The notes under the pieces were generated by a model. That model did no database searches. It worked only from the letters and a program-made list of their open reading frames with translations, and was not told the origin of the DNA. A stretch of 62,367 bases of DNA, the filler included, from Globobulimina sp. (Eukaryota), in assembly GCA_003354225.1 (NCBI GenBank). It is 32 parts of 32 records of this genome, joined end to end, with 100 filler letters (N's around TTAATTAATTAA, not from the genome) between each part and the next. Parts side by side here need not be neighbours in the genome. Positions count along the whole stretch, not along the records: positions 19,531 to 21,383 come from PIVH01011219.1; positions 21,484 to 23,336 come from PIVH01011220.1; positions 23,437 to 25,288 come from PIVH01011221.1; positions 25,389 to 27,240 come from PIVH01011222.1; positions 27,341 to 29,192 come from PIVH01011223.1; positions 29,293 to 31,144 come from PIVH01011224.1; positions 31,245 to 33,096 come from PIVH01011225.1; 25 more parts are not named here. The stretch is one strand, 5' to 3'. A program made the position numbers and the translations under genes. The first letter of the stretch is position 1, and the number at the start of each line of letters is the position of its first letter. This document shows, piece by piece, positions 20,910-33,196 of this stretch.

Positions 20910-21489
20910 TGTTTGAGATCGTGCTGTTTTATATTTAATAATTAAATAAAAAGTACATATTACAAACTAAATAATATATTTAAGACAAACTGATTGGGCT
21001 TCTGTTGATATCCGCAGTACCGCTAAATTTTGATTGTAATGAACACTCAATATATTCTTTTTTTTGCCTCTATAAAATTGGAAACAAGCAAACAAACTTT
21101 AAATTTTTTTTAAATAATAACTCTAGTGAGAAGTCAGCATCAACATTTGTACTAAGCAGATGTTCCACACTGAAATATCATGTCAAGTGTTTCTCGTTGG
21201 TTTCCCAAGCGATTGAGGTTGCAAGACAGCCACTTCATGTTTTACGTCCACACAATTAAGGCGTCGGTAGGACTGAATCCCGTTGCCGTCCAGGACGCGT
21301 CGCGTGTAAGGCGTTACTTTTTCCAAAAAAAGCAGCAAAAAAATAACTTTTCAAAAAAAGTTAGATCAAACAATAAAATTTTANNNNNNNNNNNNNNNNN
21401 NNNNNNNNNNNNNNNNNNNNNNNNNNNTTAATTAATTAANNNNNNNNNNNNNNNNNNNNNNNNNNNNNNNNNNNNNNNNNNNNGGCAAT

Positions 21490-22254
21490 ATGTATTATAG
21501 CAATGCGCACTTAATCCACCATGAGGACATCGAAAACAATAAGAAATTGATCCCATTATATTTGCAGAGAATGCAGCCTTTTTATTTTATGATCTCCCAC
21601 TTCGATGATAAGAACTCGCGAAGACATAGCAAGATCTCTGCGGATCAAAAGTTAACGTGGCAAAATATTGAATTTCGGCGGCAGCGGCATTTTAAATATT
21701 TGTATATTGGCTGGATTTCGCCGTTTCTGCGCAAAATTACCTGTTTGTTGATATTTAACTGTGTTACGGGGGCCAAAGGACAGTCGGATCAGACATTTGT
21801 AGTTAAGAATTTGGTGTTGGCCACTTTGGTTTTCTATCAATTATTCAGTCAGGATTACACCTCCATGGCCAACTACACGTTGCATTTGTATTGCATGTAT
21901 TTGTTGTATTGGTTGGTGCTGTTAATCGTGTCTGGTTCCACCAAAATTATCACTGAGAATTCGGATACTATGCAATCATTGAAAATCATCGTCAATGTTA
22001 TTATGTGGATACCGGTTGTTTGTGTTGCGTTTGTGGTGTGTTGGGCCATTTTATTATTGGTTAATCCAGATTTTTTGGAGCGAGCGAAACCGGTTGTTAC
22101 CGTCACAGAACTTGACTATGAAAAAGCGAAAACATTAAATAGAAATTTTACCTCTGCCCGATCTATTAATATTACGTCTGACTCCGCCCTTCAAAAATCA
22201 TCATATTCTGGCGATGAGGTTGATGTATCAAAGGAACAAGATGATCTTTTATAG
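21490..22254 (+). CDS. Hypothetical multi-pass membrane protein, probably 5' partial
   Basis: 254-aa ORF with several hydrophobic helices. Confidence 0.55.
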   Translation: MYYSNAHLIHHEDIENNKKLIPLYLQRMQPFYFMISHFDDKNSRRHSKISADQKLTWQNIEFRRQRHFKYLYIGWISPFLRKITCLLIFNCVTGAKGQSDQTFVVKNLVLATLVFYQLFSQDYTSMANYTLHLYCMYLLYWLVLLIVSGSTKIITENSDTMQSLKIIVNVIMWIPVVCVAFVVCWAILLLVNPDFLERAKPVVTVTELDYEKAKTLNRNFTSARSINITSDSALQKSSYSGDEVDVSKEQDDLL

Positions 22255-22391
22255 AATTAATATTAATTGTATTTTTATGTTTTTTTTTGCTGCCTTTTTT
22301 ATATCTATACCAAAAAATATGACTTTTTGTTTGTGTTTTTACTATCTTTACATTTACCAAATTAAAAAAACAGTTTGCTTTGTCGGCGACC

Positions 22392-23225
22392 ATGTCGAGC
22401 GTAATGGAATTTAGAAAAAGGACACTGAAATTGCGGTCTCGTTTAAAAAAAAGTTTGCAAAAAAACGCAAGCAATGAATATGTAAACCAACTGAAATGTA
22501 AAAGAATTGAGTTGCCATTCGCGAGAAATAAATGGTGTCATGTCATTAATGATTTTTTAACCAGAAAAGATTGCACGTCGTTTATCAATTTTCTATATAA
22601 AAGCCGCTCGAATTCACAAGAAAGCAAACAGAGAGATCCTGTCTCAATAAATAAAAGGGCTGCGAGGCCTCGTGGCCTGACCTGGACTATAAATAAAAAT
22701 GATGAAATCTCAAATTTAATTTTCGAGCGATGTTTTAATTTTTTACCGAAAATATGGGTCGACGAAAATGAGAATACAATTTGGGAAATCTGTGGCATTA
22801 ATAATGATATCAAGTCATTGAAATATGTGCCTGGCGATGTTTTATGTGTGTCTCGTCTCTCTCACTCTGTCTCTGCATATCTTAAAAAATAAACACATTC
22901 CACATTGACAGGTAGCCATTATGATACCCCATACATTAAAAATAAAAATGAAAAGTCATTCATTACGGCAGCGCTTTATTTAAATGACGATTTTGTTGGT
23001 GGTGTGTTTCAATTTATAAATCCTCGCAATCGAAATAGAATCTATCCAATCAAAATTGAAGCGGGCAGATGTTTATTGTTTCAGCACAACACATTCCATC
23101 AAGGCTCCGCAATTGAGAAAGGAACAAAATATATGATTCGATTTGATATATTATATAGAAAAGTAATTTCAAGCAAACTACAAAGAAATCAAATCAATGG
23201 CTGCAAATCTTGTATTTGGTTATAA
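22392..23225 (+). CDS. 2OG-Fe(II) oxygenase, prolyl-4-hydroxylase-like (intron 22846-22911)
   Basis: Spliced YVPGDVLCSHYD (HxD), LYLNDDFVGG, HQG...GTKY..R. Ends in CIWL. Confidence 0.85.
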
Positions 23226-23436
23226 TGTTTGATGTGTGTTTTTGTGTTTTTATGATTCTACAGTTGTGGAATCACAGGATTTTGAACCAATTGGACCCTA
23301 TAATGTGCAGTGTACAATGCAACCACAAATACAACANNNNNNNNNNNNNNNNNNNNNNNNNNNNNNNNNNNNNNNNNNNNTTAATTAATTAANNNNNNNN
23401 NNNNNNNNNNNNNNNNNNNNNNNNNNNNNNNNNNNN

Positions 23437-25288
23437 TTTACGAAAACAGTGTGGGATTTGGAAAAAATGTCGGCCCAAAACATAGAAAAATACCAAAATG
23501 ATTTAGATATTAAGTTCAAATCAATGAAAATGGTGACTGATAACGTTAAATCAATGGAGGTAAAGCCAATTAAGTACATATCGACAATCATGAAACACAC
23601 AAAAAAGTTAATAATAAATTCAGCGCAATATCACTTTGGAAAAATAACAAAGCGCGTTGGCCAAGTCTTGGTATTAAATGATGAAATAAAAAAAGTGATT
23701 GATGACACTCGTAAATATCGAAAAAAATACAAATCTGTCCTTAAATATGTGCAAAAAATCAAAAAAAAATGGTATCAAAAGCGGCGAAACGTCACTAGAA
23801 AATGTCCGAAATCATTTATTATTGACAAAATTGGTCATAATCGATGGCATATATTTCAAACTTGGAAAAAAATGGACAGATTAAAAAGCCGTAAAGTCCG
23901 AAGAATTCATCGTAAATTAAAGAAAAAACAAGATCTGAAAACGATAAATGAATATAAATCCAAATCATGGTATGAATTGGTTAAGAAATTAGATGGAAAT
24001 AATAATAAAAATAATGATCGATCAATTGGTAAATTAATTAAATTGTCAGTTGCTATTAAAAAATTGACAAAAGATCAAGATGCAAATTTAAAATATGATG
24101 ATTTTATTTACGATGATAAGCAAAAAGCGAATGAAATATCAAAATTTATGAACACAATCGGTCATAAATCCAATCCATTGCATGACAAAAAAGTAAAAAG
24201 ATCGAGAAAAAGGGCCCGTGAACTCGACGCGCCGTATGATTTCCAACCAAAATTATGGTCAGATTTGGATGAAAACGACCTTACAAACAATCAAAAGAAT
24301 GAAATTGCTGAATGGAAATTGGCATCATCTAAATTGGTTGAACCGTTTACGAGATCCGAGCTGCATTTTGCATTAAAAAAAGGTAATCCAAATAAAGCAT
24401 TTCATGGCGATATACATTTGCTATTATTGGTACATGCAGAGAAGCAAATTGCTGATATGTTATTAGTGGTTTTTGATTGGTGGAAGGATAATGGAATAAT
24501 CACAAATAATATGAATGAGCGCCTCATGAATCCACTCATTAAAGGTGGTAAAGACAAGAGATTGATTGGTTCCCTCCGACCCCTCGAATACGGAGTTATT
24601 ATATTCAAAGTATACACCATTATGGTATTTAACCGTATTGCTACCTACGCTGAAAAATATAAATTATTGACGGTGCATCAGTTTGCATCAAAAATAGCGT
24701 CCGGTTCGGAGGATTGTTTGGTTGATATGATAACGGACATTGATGAGATGGTTTGTAAAGGATTTCCAACAGTATTAACGTCAAACGATTCAAGCAGCGC
24801 TTATAATGCCATGCATCCGACGATAATTGAAGACAAAATGAGACATCATTGTGGTTTTAACGATGCTGCGATTACTATGTTTCAATCGTTTACAAGCAAC
24901 GTATGGTCGAAATGCAAAGTAAATAATCAAATATCCGATACATTTAAGCCGCGAAATTCATTATTTTCTCAAGGCTTTATACCCGCGGGATTCTCGTGGT
25001 GTGTTTATATAAATCCTGGCGTCATGCATTTGGATCAAAATTATATATTATATGATACAAATAATGGCAACCAATTAGCAAAGATCCAGCCAAAGGTATT
25101 AATGGATGACGTTAATTTTTATATTAAATTACATAAAAACAGTAATCGGTTAAAGTTGAATGAGGATTTTGATGAATATAATAAAGTTATAATGTATGAT
25201 AAAATATCGATAAATAAGTTTATTAAATTGCAGCCAAATAGAAAGTATATGCAAATATTATCGAAAATGTACCCGATGATGCAAAAAG
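23437..25288 (+). mobile_element. Highly divergent non-LTR-type reverse transcriptase ORF, partial at both ends
   Basis: RT subdomains in the correct order: PFTRSEL..AL...NKA, PLIKGGKD...LRPL, HQF, NDSSSAYN, SQG...VYIN, LMDD. No stops in 617 codons. Confidence 0.8.
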
Positions 25289-25679
25289 NNNNNNNNNNNN
25301 NNNNNNNNNNNNNNNNNNNNNNNNNNNNNNNNTTAATTAATTAANNNNNNNNNNNNNNNNNNNNNNNNNNNNNNNNNNNNNNNNNNNNTGTTTATCTGCT
25401 GTCTGTGATCCATATTGTTGTGCTAAATAAGCTTGCGTTAAAAGCCCACAACTCAGGTCTAAATTGCAATAAATTGCAATAACCATATACCTAGGTCCTA
25501 GGTCCAAATTTATATTGCGCAATATAAGAACAACCCCTAAGCCCAATGCCCATCCCACAGATATGGTTGTTTTTGCCGTCACTGTTAAAAATAAAGCAAC
25601 AAATAGTAATTATAAAATAATAGAAAAAAAAAATGAAAAAAAATAAGAAAATAAAATAGAAAAATAGCCTAATTTAAAT

Positions 25680-27032
25680 TTAATAGCTACGAAGTAAATG
25701 TAACAATTTTTTTCTTGATTTATAATTTTTCAATCCAGTCCACCCTCCAACTCCCGCACCCATCTTACATCCGATATTCCTCCCTCTTAAATACTTGATG
25801 ATGTATGGTACAATTGTTTCCATTGTATGTCGTGTATTCTTATGATTGCCCACAATCCTCTCACCAAGTCGCGTAATTACATCACTGCACGATTCATTGG
25901 CCAATATTTTATTCAATTTCTGCATCTTTGCTTTTCTTGCAATTTGCCTTTTTTTTTGGTTGGCTTTATCTCTTTGAGTGATCAATATAGAGACTGGAAA
26001 CAACACTTTTTTAATTTCGTGCCAAGGCTTAGCTGTATATCCGATCATTATCAATGGTTTGTAACTATCATTTTGATACAAATGCGTGATATTATACTCC
26101 GGAAATAAGCTCTCAACCAAAATATACTCCAAATAGTAAGGTATTGCAGAGATCTTTGGCATAAAATGGCCGGAAGCTGTGTCCAAAATCATTGTATATC
26201 GCTTGTATTTATAGTCATAAATATAATAACATTCGCCGCTCCACAATACGTGATTATGCACACCGTTTAACAACAAATGTTTGGTGTAATCGTGTTGATG
26301 CACTCCGTTAATTTCTCCAATTCTGAATTCAAGCGACCTCAACGAGCCTGATTTAGCCACACTCACTGTGTACGCAAACAATTTCGGAGAACGATATCTT
26401 GTCTGATTCAGATTGGGTACTGCACCATGGCCATTATCATAATTATAATAGCTCAAATCATAAAACATGAGAGACTCATTTGCGTTTACATCGATATTAA
26501 TATATGGCGTATCATAATGAATAAAGTCGAAGAAATTAGTTGTGTACTTATCATTTTCTTGTTTGCTCTCATTACATTTTCTTGTTTTCAAATAGGAGTC
26601 ACTATGAAACTCATTATAATATAAATTATACAATCTGCGCATTTCCAGTTTGGAAGGAGAAGTTTTATTGTTGTGCCATTTGGCGATATTTTGTAATAAA
26701 TCGTGTTGAATCATCGCTGTATAGTTTGCAATTTGTTGTTGTGACAGATGGCGAAGCAATATTGTACCAATTGCTATATTATAAACGTAAAATGAATAAC
26801 CAGTTTCATTTATGTGTTTGCGATAATAAGTTGTCGGATATTGATTGCCATTGCATTGTTGATCGACATTAAATACAGATTTGAGGAATGCGTCTCCATT
26901 CATACTGTTAAATATCAAGCATTCTGCTAAAATATATATGATCAATTCGGCAATAAACAGCAACGCAAACAACTGTGCACGCTTTTTAAAAACTGCAATA
27001 CAATGCAGCAGGTTGCATTTGTGCCTTGACAT
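25680..27032 (-). CDS. Type II membrane protein with a TKH...SGE...DTASGHFMP domain of unknown function
   Basis: Long ORF with an N-terminal TM helix and a conserved-looking His/SGE/SGH motif set. Confidence 0.6.
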   Translation of the reverse strand: MSRHKCNLLHCIAVFKKRAQLFALLFIAELIIYILAECLIFNSMNGDAFLKSVFNVDQQCNGNQYPTTYYRKHINETGYSFYVYNIAIGTILLRHLSQQQIANYTAMIQHDLLQNIAKWHNNKTSPSKLEMRRLYNLYYNEFHSDSYLKTRKCNESKQENDKYTTNFFDFIHYDTPYINIDVNANESLMFYDLSYYNYDNGHGAVPNLNQTRYRSPKLFAYTVSVAKSGSLRSLEFRIGEINGVHQHDYTKHLLLNGVHNHVLWSGECYYIYDYKYKRYTMILDTASGHFMPKISAIPYYLEYILVESLFPEYNITHLYQNDSYKPLIMIGYTAKPWHEIKKVLFPVSILITQRDKANQKKRQIARKAKMQKLNKILANESCSDVITRLGERIVGNHKNTRHTMETIVPYIIKYLRGRNIGCKMGAGVGGWTGLKNYKSRKKLLHLLRSY

Positions 27033-27340
27033 CGTAATAGAAAATGGTTTAATGGAATTCGTAAAAAAAAAACTTTTCCTACTTTTTTTTTGTGAAACCC
27101 AAAAAAAGTATTTCGGTGAGTAATGCAAGGATGTTGTAGCAACTGTTACAGTACTGATGAGTGCTAAAGAGCATCAGGTTTTCAGCGTCAGATTTTTCTT
27201 GTTTCTGAGACACGAAGGCAAACCTATATTATTTTTCCCTNNNNNNNNNNNNNNNNNNNNNNNNNNNNNNNNNNNNNNNNNNNNTTAATTAATTAANNNN
27301 NNNNNNNNNNNNNNNNNNNNNNNNNNNNNNNNNNNNNNNN

Positions 27341-27766
27341 AAAGCAAAATTAAATGGAATGAGGAAGGGATTCAGTGTTGTGAATGACGGCGATGATGAA
27401 AAAAAAGAAAAAAAAGAAAAGGATTTAATTTTGGATTTTGTTAAAATATCAAAAAATGATTTCAAGCCATTTGAGGATGTTTATAAACAATTATCGGAAT
27501 GGATTGATATGGAAAAAGATAAAAAAATATTTTCTATTAATTTATGGTATAATTTGCAAAAAGGATTAGTTGGCAAAGTGTTAAGTATGATAAATGATAA
27601 AATAAATGCAAATGCAAAAGATGACAAAGCTGCATCGAGAGAGCAAATTGAAATGAAATTGAAAATTTATAAAAAATATTTAGGAAAAAAAGAATTTCAT
27701 TTCTTAGTTCAGCAAATTCAAATGGATTTATTCAAGAAATTTCCAAAACAATATAGACGTTTTTAA
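27341..27766 (+). CDS. 3' end of a hypothetical protein
   Basis: Lys/Glu-rich ORF running from near the contig start to a stop. Confidence 0.5.
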   Translation, partial: KAKLNGMRKGFSVVNDGDDEKKEKKEKDLILDFVKISKNDFKPFEDVYKQLSEWIDMEKDKKIFSINLWYNLQKGLVGKVLSMINDKINANAKDDKAASREQIEMKLKIYKKYLGKKEFHFLVQQIQMDLFKKFPKQYRRF

Positions 27767-27823
27767 TTTTACTATGTAATTTACTCATATTCAATATTCC
27801 TGACATTGACACGCAAGCTTGCA

Positions 27824-29173
27824 TTACGTATATTTGATGCTATGATTGGTATATTTCCCTCTCCGATTCACCTTTCTATTCAGAACCATCCTCGCATCGT
27901 ACATATGATTCCATCGCTTCCTGCTCGACCTGCGCGGCCTAAACGTATTTCCCATATATCGCTTCCAATATTTGATCCCCTTTTTCTTTTTCTCTCTGTT
28001 AATCTCAAATTGTTCCACAATCAATCCGTCTCTTTTATACTTCTCCTCGATGGCATGTGCGCTCATTGCATATCCTCCGGCAAACACTCTCTCCCTCCCC
28101 ACCAATGCCCAATTATTTTTCATTTTAACTATCTGATCTCGTGCTCGTTGATCCAAATCTCTTTTCCATTCAATAAACCTCCGAGCAGTATTCCTGTGTT
28201 TTTCCGCTTCCTTTTCCGGTTTCATCCGCAAAAAGTTGCCCTTTGGAGGCACCGTAATTGGATGCTCCCCTTCGTAGATTTCATGCAACTCCGCCTGACT
28301 CATACTCTTATAATCGGGAAACTTCGTTTTTGGCACTGGAATGCCGCGAGGCACTCCGTTGGCATTCACCAACATTGGGTCGTTCTTATAATCCACCACT
28401 GTTTGGCCACTGCTATCAATCTGTACCAGTCCCACCTGTTTGTATTCTTTCATAATGGCCACTTCGCGCGGCGTAAACCAGTCCAAATCGCGAAACTTTC
28501 CATAGATTTCAGGCTTCTCCCTCAACAACTTTATAAACAATGGATGTTTGTTCAGAGGCAATGCTTTCAAGTCAGCAAACTCCTCCGTTCCAACCAATTT
28601 CCGATTTTCCACATCGAGCAAGCCTTCATCTTTCAATAAGAGCACAATTTCATCGTCGGATTTCCCCGCAGCTCTCCATTGCGACAGTAACTCTTGTTTT
28701 TGTTTCCATTTTTTAGTTTCCCTGCGATTTTCCCACCACATTTTCCAAAATTTTAATTTTGCAAAGAAACCTTCTTCCATTGGCATCGGATTGTATTTGG
28801 CTTTCGCAGCTTCGAATACTTCGATCTGTTTATAGTTTGTTGCTGGGAACAATGAGTTGTCCATAACTTCAGGCGGCAATGTTATGGGTTTAATTAATTT
28901 TTGTTCGTCCAACATAGACATCACATCATCGCCAAACATCACTTGCAATGCCTTTGCATCACAGAAACGACCGCTTCGTCGCACGTAATAATATCCCCAT
29001 TCGTTATACACTTTGATGCCCATTATATATTTCCGTAAGCCTTTCATAGTTCGGAATTGTTGCGGTGGAATGCGTGCAAATCCGATGGGTACCTTTTTTA
29101 TAGCAGTTTGTGTTGAAAATTCTGGAAAATATATCACGTACTCTGGTATGTCTGATGTTGCCCATTCTCGAAT
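27824..29173 (-). CDS. Hypothetical basic protein (terminal exon)
   Basis: ~450 open codons after a TAG acceptor. Arg/Lys-rich C-terminus. No family recognised. Confidence 0.6.
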   Translation of the reverse strand: MREWATSDIPEYVIYFPEFSTQTAIKKVPIGFARIPPQQFRTMKGLRKYIMGIKVYNEWGYYYVRRSGRFCDAKALQVMFGDDVMSMLDEQKLIKPITLPPEVMDNSLFPATNYKQIEVFEAAKAKYNPMPMEEGFFAKLKFWKMWWENRRETKKWKQKQELLSQWRAAGKSDDEIVLLLKDEGLLDVENRKLVGTEEFADLKALPLNKHPLFIKLLREKPEIYGKFRDLDWFTPREVAIMKEYKQVGLVQIDSSGQTVVDYKNDPMLVNANGVPRGIPVPKTKFPDYKSMSQAELHEIYEGEHPITVPPKGNFLRMKPEKEAEKHRNTARRFIEWKRDLDQRARDQIVKMKNNWALVGRERVFAGGYAMSAHAIEEKYKRDGLIVEQFEINREKKKKGIKYWKRYMGNTFRPRRSSRKRWNHMYDARMVLNRKVNRRGKYTNHSIKYT

Positions 29174-29324
29174 GGGACTCTATATGGATCCANNNNNNNN
29201 NNNNNNNNNNNNNNNNNNNNNNNNNNNNNNNNNNNNTTAATTAATTAANNNNNNNNNNNNNNNNNNNNNNNNNNNNNNNNNNNNNNNNNNNNATAGCTGG
29301 ATTGAAATGATATATTTATATTAG

Positions 29325-30083
29325 ATCCCAACATCTCATCCGACCCCACAACCAACCCCTAAGCCTACATATCTTCCCACCATAAATCCGACAAGCTCTC
29401 CGACTGCACACCCAACAACTGACCCCACTAAAAATCCCACATTTGAGCCGACTACATTGCCCACATTTAACCCAACTATACCACCAACATTTGAGCCTAC
29501 GACAAATCCAACTGTAGTACCAACAAGAAATCCCACCTTTGAACCAACAACGGAGCCTACATTTGAGCCCACAAACAACCCCAGCTTCAATCCTACAAAT
29601 AACCCAAGCTTCAATCCAACAACAAATCCTACTGTACCACCAACAACAAATCCTACATTTGAACCAACTGTGAAACCAACATTTGAGCCTACAAATAACC
29701 CCAGCTCCAATCCAACAAATGCTCCCACAGCTGAACCAACTTCCAATCCAACAACAAATCCAACGTTTGACCCAACAACTGATCCAACACTTTATCCTAC
29801 CATTAACCCTACTGACAATCCAACAAGTAAACCAACTGTAAATCCATCAAACATTCCAACAACTAATCCTATTATTGAACCAACAGCACATCCAATAAAA
29901 AGTATGTGATGCATGAATGATAAATAACTAACATTGTTTATGAAATATTATATAGGACCAAAACCCAATGAGTATGAATGGTATGATACAAATGAATTAG
30001 CTAGAAACTATTGGCAAAAATCTGATAAACATTCTGATTCGAATTCTAATCACGTTCAAATTAATGTACATTTTGATAATTAA
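29325..30083 (+). CDS. PT/NPT-repeat (mucin-like) surface protein, 3' exons (intron 29902-29955)
   Basis: Dozens of xxPT tetrapeptide repeats. An in-frame GT-AG splice leads to a terminal exon. Confidence 0.7.
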
Positions 30084-30334
30084 TGACATCAAAAATTGTT
30101 TGTTCTTTCTTGTACATTTCACACTTTTTGTAATAGCTTATTGTTTTTTCATGCAAATAATTATCATCATTTCATGCTTTTATTATACCTGTTATATACA
30201 TTAAATTGCTTTTTACACAGTTCCCGAAAATATGACCTAAATTGCAACAGAATTGGTATTTTTTTTTAAAAAACAGCGTCTGAACTCTGAACCATCCCAC
30301 CTGTAATTAATCACTTCTATCAATTAATTAGAGA

Positions 30335-31144
30335 ATGAAACGGAAACTTGAAATAGAAGAAAATGACCAAATCGACGAAGCACCTGCGAAAAAACAAAAA
30401 ATGAATAACAAACCTATTGAAGCATCTAAAATATTTACAAATTATAAACATGCTGAATATGACCAGCGAGATTTTCAACACATGTTCAAATCCATTGAGA
30501 ATTCATATGTTGTTAACATTTTACCACGAGAAATACGTAAAGAAATAGCTGAATATGCAACTGGAGATTGGAGTGAATGTATACATTGTGATCAGGGCAT
30601 TGGTATATTACGCAGTGCACTTTTGGCTAGAAAATATGAAGGCATTTGTGTTGACGCAAATGTGTCGGAACGATGTTGGTTAATATGTATGAAATGTGCT
30701 GAGAATTTAGATCCGAATAATTGTGAATGTGGCGCAACAATATATCTCCCAAACAGTCAAAGATGTTCGGTTTGTTACGAAAGCTTGAAAATATGTGAGG
30801 AGCAAATGGATGATGCAGGCCATTGTATGGAGAGTGACTTTGCATATTCATATTGTGAATCATGTAAAGAATATTTATGCAGTGTTTGCACCAAAGGTAT
30901 AACTTGCCATGGTTGGGAAACTTGTTTTCAACATCATGAGTATTTTATGGGTCAACCTAATGAGTCTGACGCTCATTTCAAATTAAAATGTGACGATTGT
31001 AATATTGACATTAAATGTGGTTGTTTTATAGATTGGGAAATGGAATGGAATACGGATAATAAATTAGAGTGGATTGGTGCATCATATCATGGATTTGTAG
31101 CATGTGAGTTTGCAGACCGTCTTAATTTTGCTTGTGAACATCAT
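30335..31144 (+). CDS. Cys-rich (CxxC) protein with an N-terminal NLS and an F-box-like motif, 3' partial
   Basis: MKRK...PAKKQK, LPREIRKEIAEYA, and many CxxC pairs. Confidence 0.65.
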
Positions 31145-31244
31145 NNNNNNNNNNNNNNNNNNNNNNNNNNNNNNNNNNNNNNNNNNNNTTAATTAATTAA
31201 NNNNNNNNNNNNNNNNNNNNNNNNNNNNNNNNNNNNNNNNNNNN

Positions 31245-32089
31245 TCAATCATTTGTTTAATAATACGATCAGGGAAAAGAACAAAATCAGAGAAGAAATA
31301 TATGAAATGGTACATTGGATCATTCACCGTTTCATAGACTAGTTTCTCCCACCATTCATTGGACCGAATTAGCGCCGCTTTAAATCCGTTCGAGTAAAAC
31401 TTAGACCATTCATAATCTTTAAAATATTCATCAGAAAATGTGCGATTTCGAAGTCGAGCGTTATCTTTGGACCACAATATAGCTCCGGATAAATATCGAT
31501 CTCTTGGATCACGAAATGCAGTGAATGTGCAATCACGGTGACCATTCGGAGTTGCTGTATAATTAAAATTGAAATTTGATGCATTCACTAATTTCGCTTT
31601 TCTATCCAAATGGTGTTTACCTGCGACAGCAACTGCATTTAGAGGCTGCTTACAAAATGATAATGATATTTTTTGTCGTTCAATCAATTTACAAAAATAT
31701 CCATAAATTATAAAAACAAGTTTTTCCAAAGTAGTTGTTCCCGATCGATATTCGCTCCAAATTGCTAATTTATGGCATATGACTCCATTATAATTGTTTA
31801 TTGTATGATTTGTATATTTATATTGCGCGAATTTAGCAGTTCTAATTTTATTGAGATACTCTAAATATTGACTGGTGCTCATATTATATGCAACGCCTAC
31901 TTGTATTGGTATTGCTATTGGAAGTGGCTGGGATTGGAAGCTCGAGATGTTTGTAGTGTCATTGTCAACAATATCATCAAATTCTAATGCAGAGCCATAT
32001 ATTGTAATATAATTATAACAACCTATCAGACATAATGTAAGCACAATGACAGTGCCTGTTTTTTTTCCTCGGTAATTGACCATGGCCAT
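31245..32089 (-). CDS. Golgi-type sulfotransferase-like protein, 3' partial
   Basis: N-terminal TM helix, 5'-PSB-like YRSGTTTL and 3'-PB-like FRDPRDRYLS. Confidence 0.72.
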
Positions 32090-32160
32090 GTTTCGGTAAT
32101 TGACTAAATACCACTAAGTTTTAAAACATTTTTTTACAAATGATCTAGTCACTGGAAAGA

Positions 32161-33096
32161 ATGTCGTTTCTTTTAGTAATTGGTTTATTAATTGCAGTAC
32201 ATGATGCAATGCCAAATTGTAATGGTGGATCAAATAAAGACAAAATTACTGATTTACCAGGATACCCAATCAGTGCGCCACAATTAACAATGTACTCAGG
32301 ATTTGTTGAAGTGAATGAAACTGCAAACGGGTCATTATTTTATTGGTTTATAGAATCACAGTCCGCTCCAAATGATCCAAATACACCCGTTTTAGTGTGG
32401 GTTAACGGTATGTACTATGTTACTATGTAGATATTGTATATATTTAAACAATAAAATCAAATCTAAGGTGGGCCGGGAGCTTCCTCAATGACCGGCCTTT
32501 TCGCAGAGAATGGTCCTTTCAGAATCAATGAGGATGGCTTAACATTGTCATATCATAAATGGAGCTGGAATGTAGAATATCATATGCTATTCATTGACAA
32601 TCCAATTGATACAGGATTTAGTTTTTGTAACACAGGCAATTGGGTAACAAATGAAGATGAAATGGGCCAGCAATTTGTGAATTTATTAAATACATTTTTT
32701 ACTGAATGTCATCGCAAATATCTTCCAAATCCATTATATATTACAGGCGAATCATATGCTGGCAGATATATACCATTTATAGCGAAATGGATTTATTTGC
32801 ATTGGGCAAATTTAAATTTGCAAGGATTAGCAATTGGTAATATTCCGTGTCAACACACCTGCGTCCATTTGATTTTTGCATTTAATTTGATTCGTTTTTA
32901 TATTTCATGTATATAAAAACTTAAAATGCATATTAATTATTTGTATGGCGTTGACACGGAACATTGCTTGTTTATAGGTAACGGCCATTACGATCCAAAT
33001 ATTATGTTTCGAAAAGGCCCCTCGTATGCATACCATATGGGAATTATCGACGAATATACATATAATCAAACTATTCGAACTGTAAATCATTGTTTG
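32161..33096 (+). CDS. Serine carboxypeptidase, family S10 (introns 32408-32467, 32837-32977), 3' partial
   Basis: [13 protein letters not shown], spliced WVNGGPGASS, ENGPF, catalytic GESYAG, spliced AIGNG. Confidence 0.95.
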
Positions 33097-33196
33097 NNNN
33101 NNNNNNNNNNNNNNNNNNNNNNNNNNNNNNNNNNNNNNNNTTAATTAATTAANNNNNNNNNNNNNNNNNNNNNNNNNNNNNNNNNNNNNNNNNNNN

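Noticed and set aside
27154-27177. Second hammerhead starting CTGATGA
   Set aside because: No GAAA follows stem II; it is only a CTGATG/CATCAG hairpin.
27806-28639. 277-aa plus-strand ORF and similar antisense ORFs (3204-3782, 37401-38189, 29336-29746)
   Set aside because: They are shadow frames of real genes on the other strand and have no recognisable motifs.
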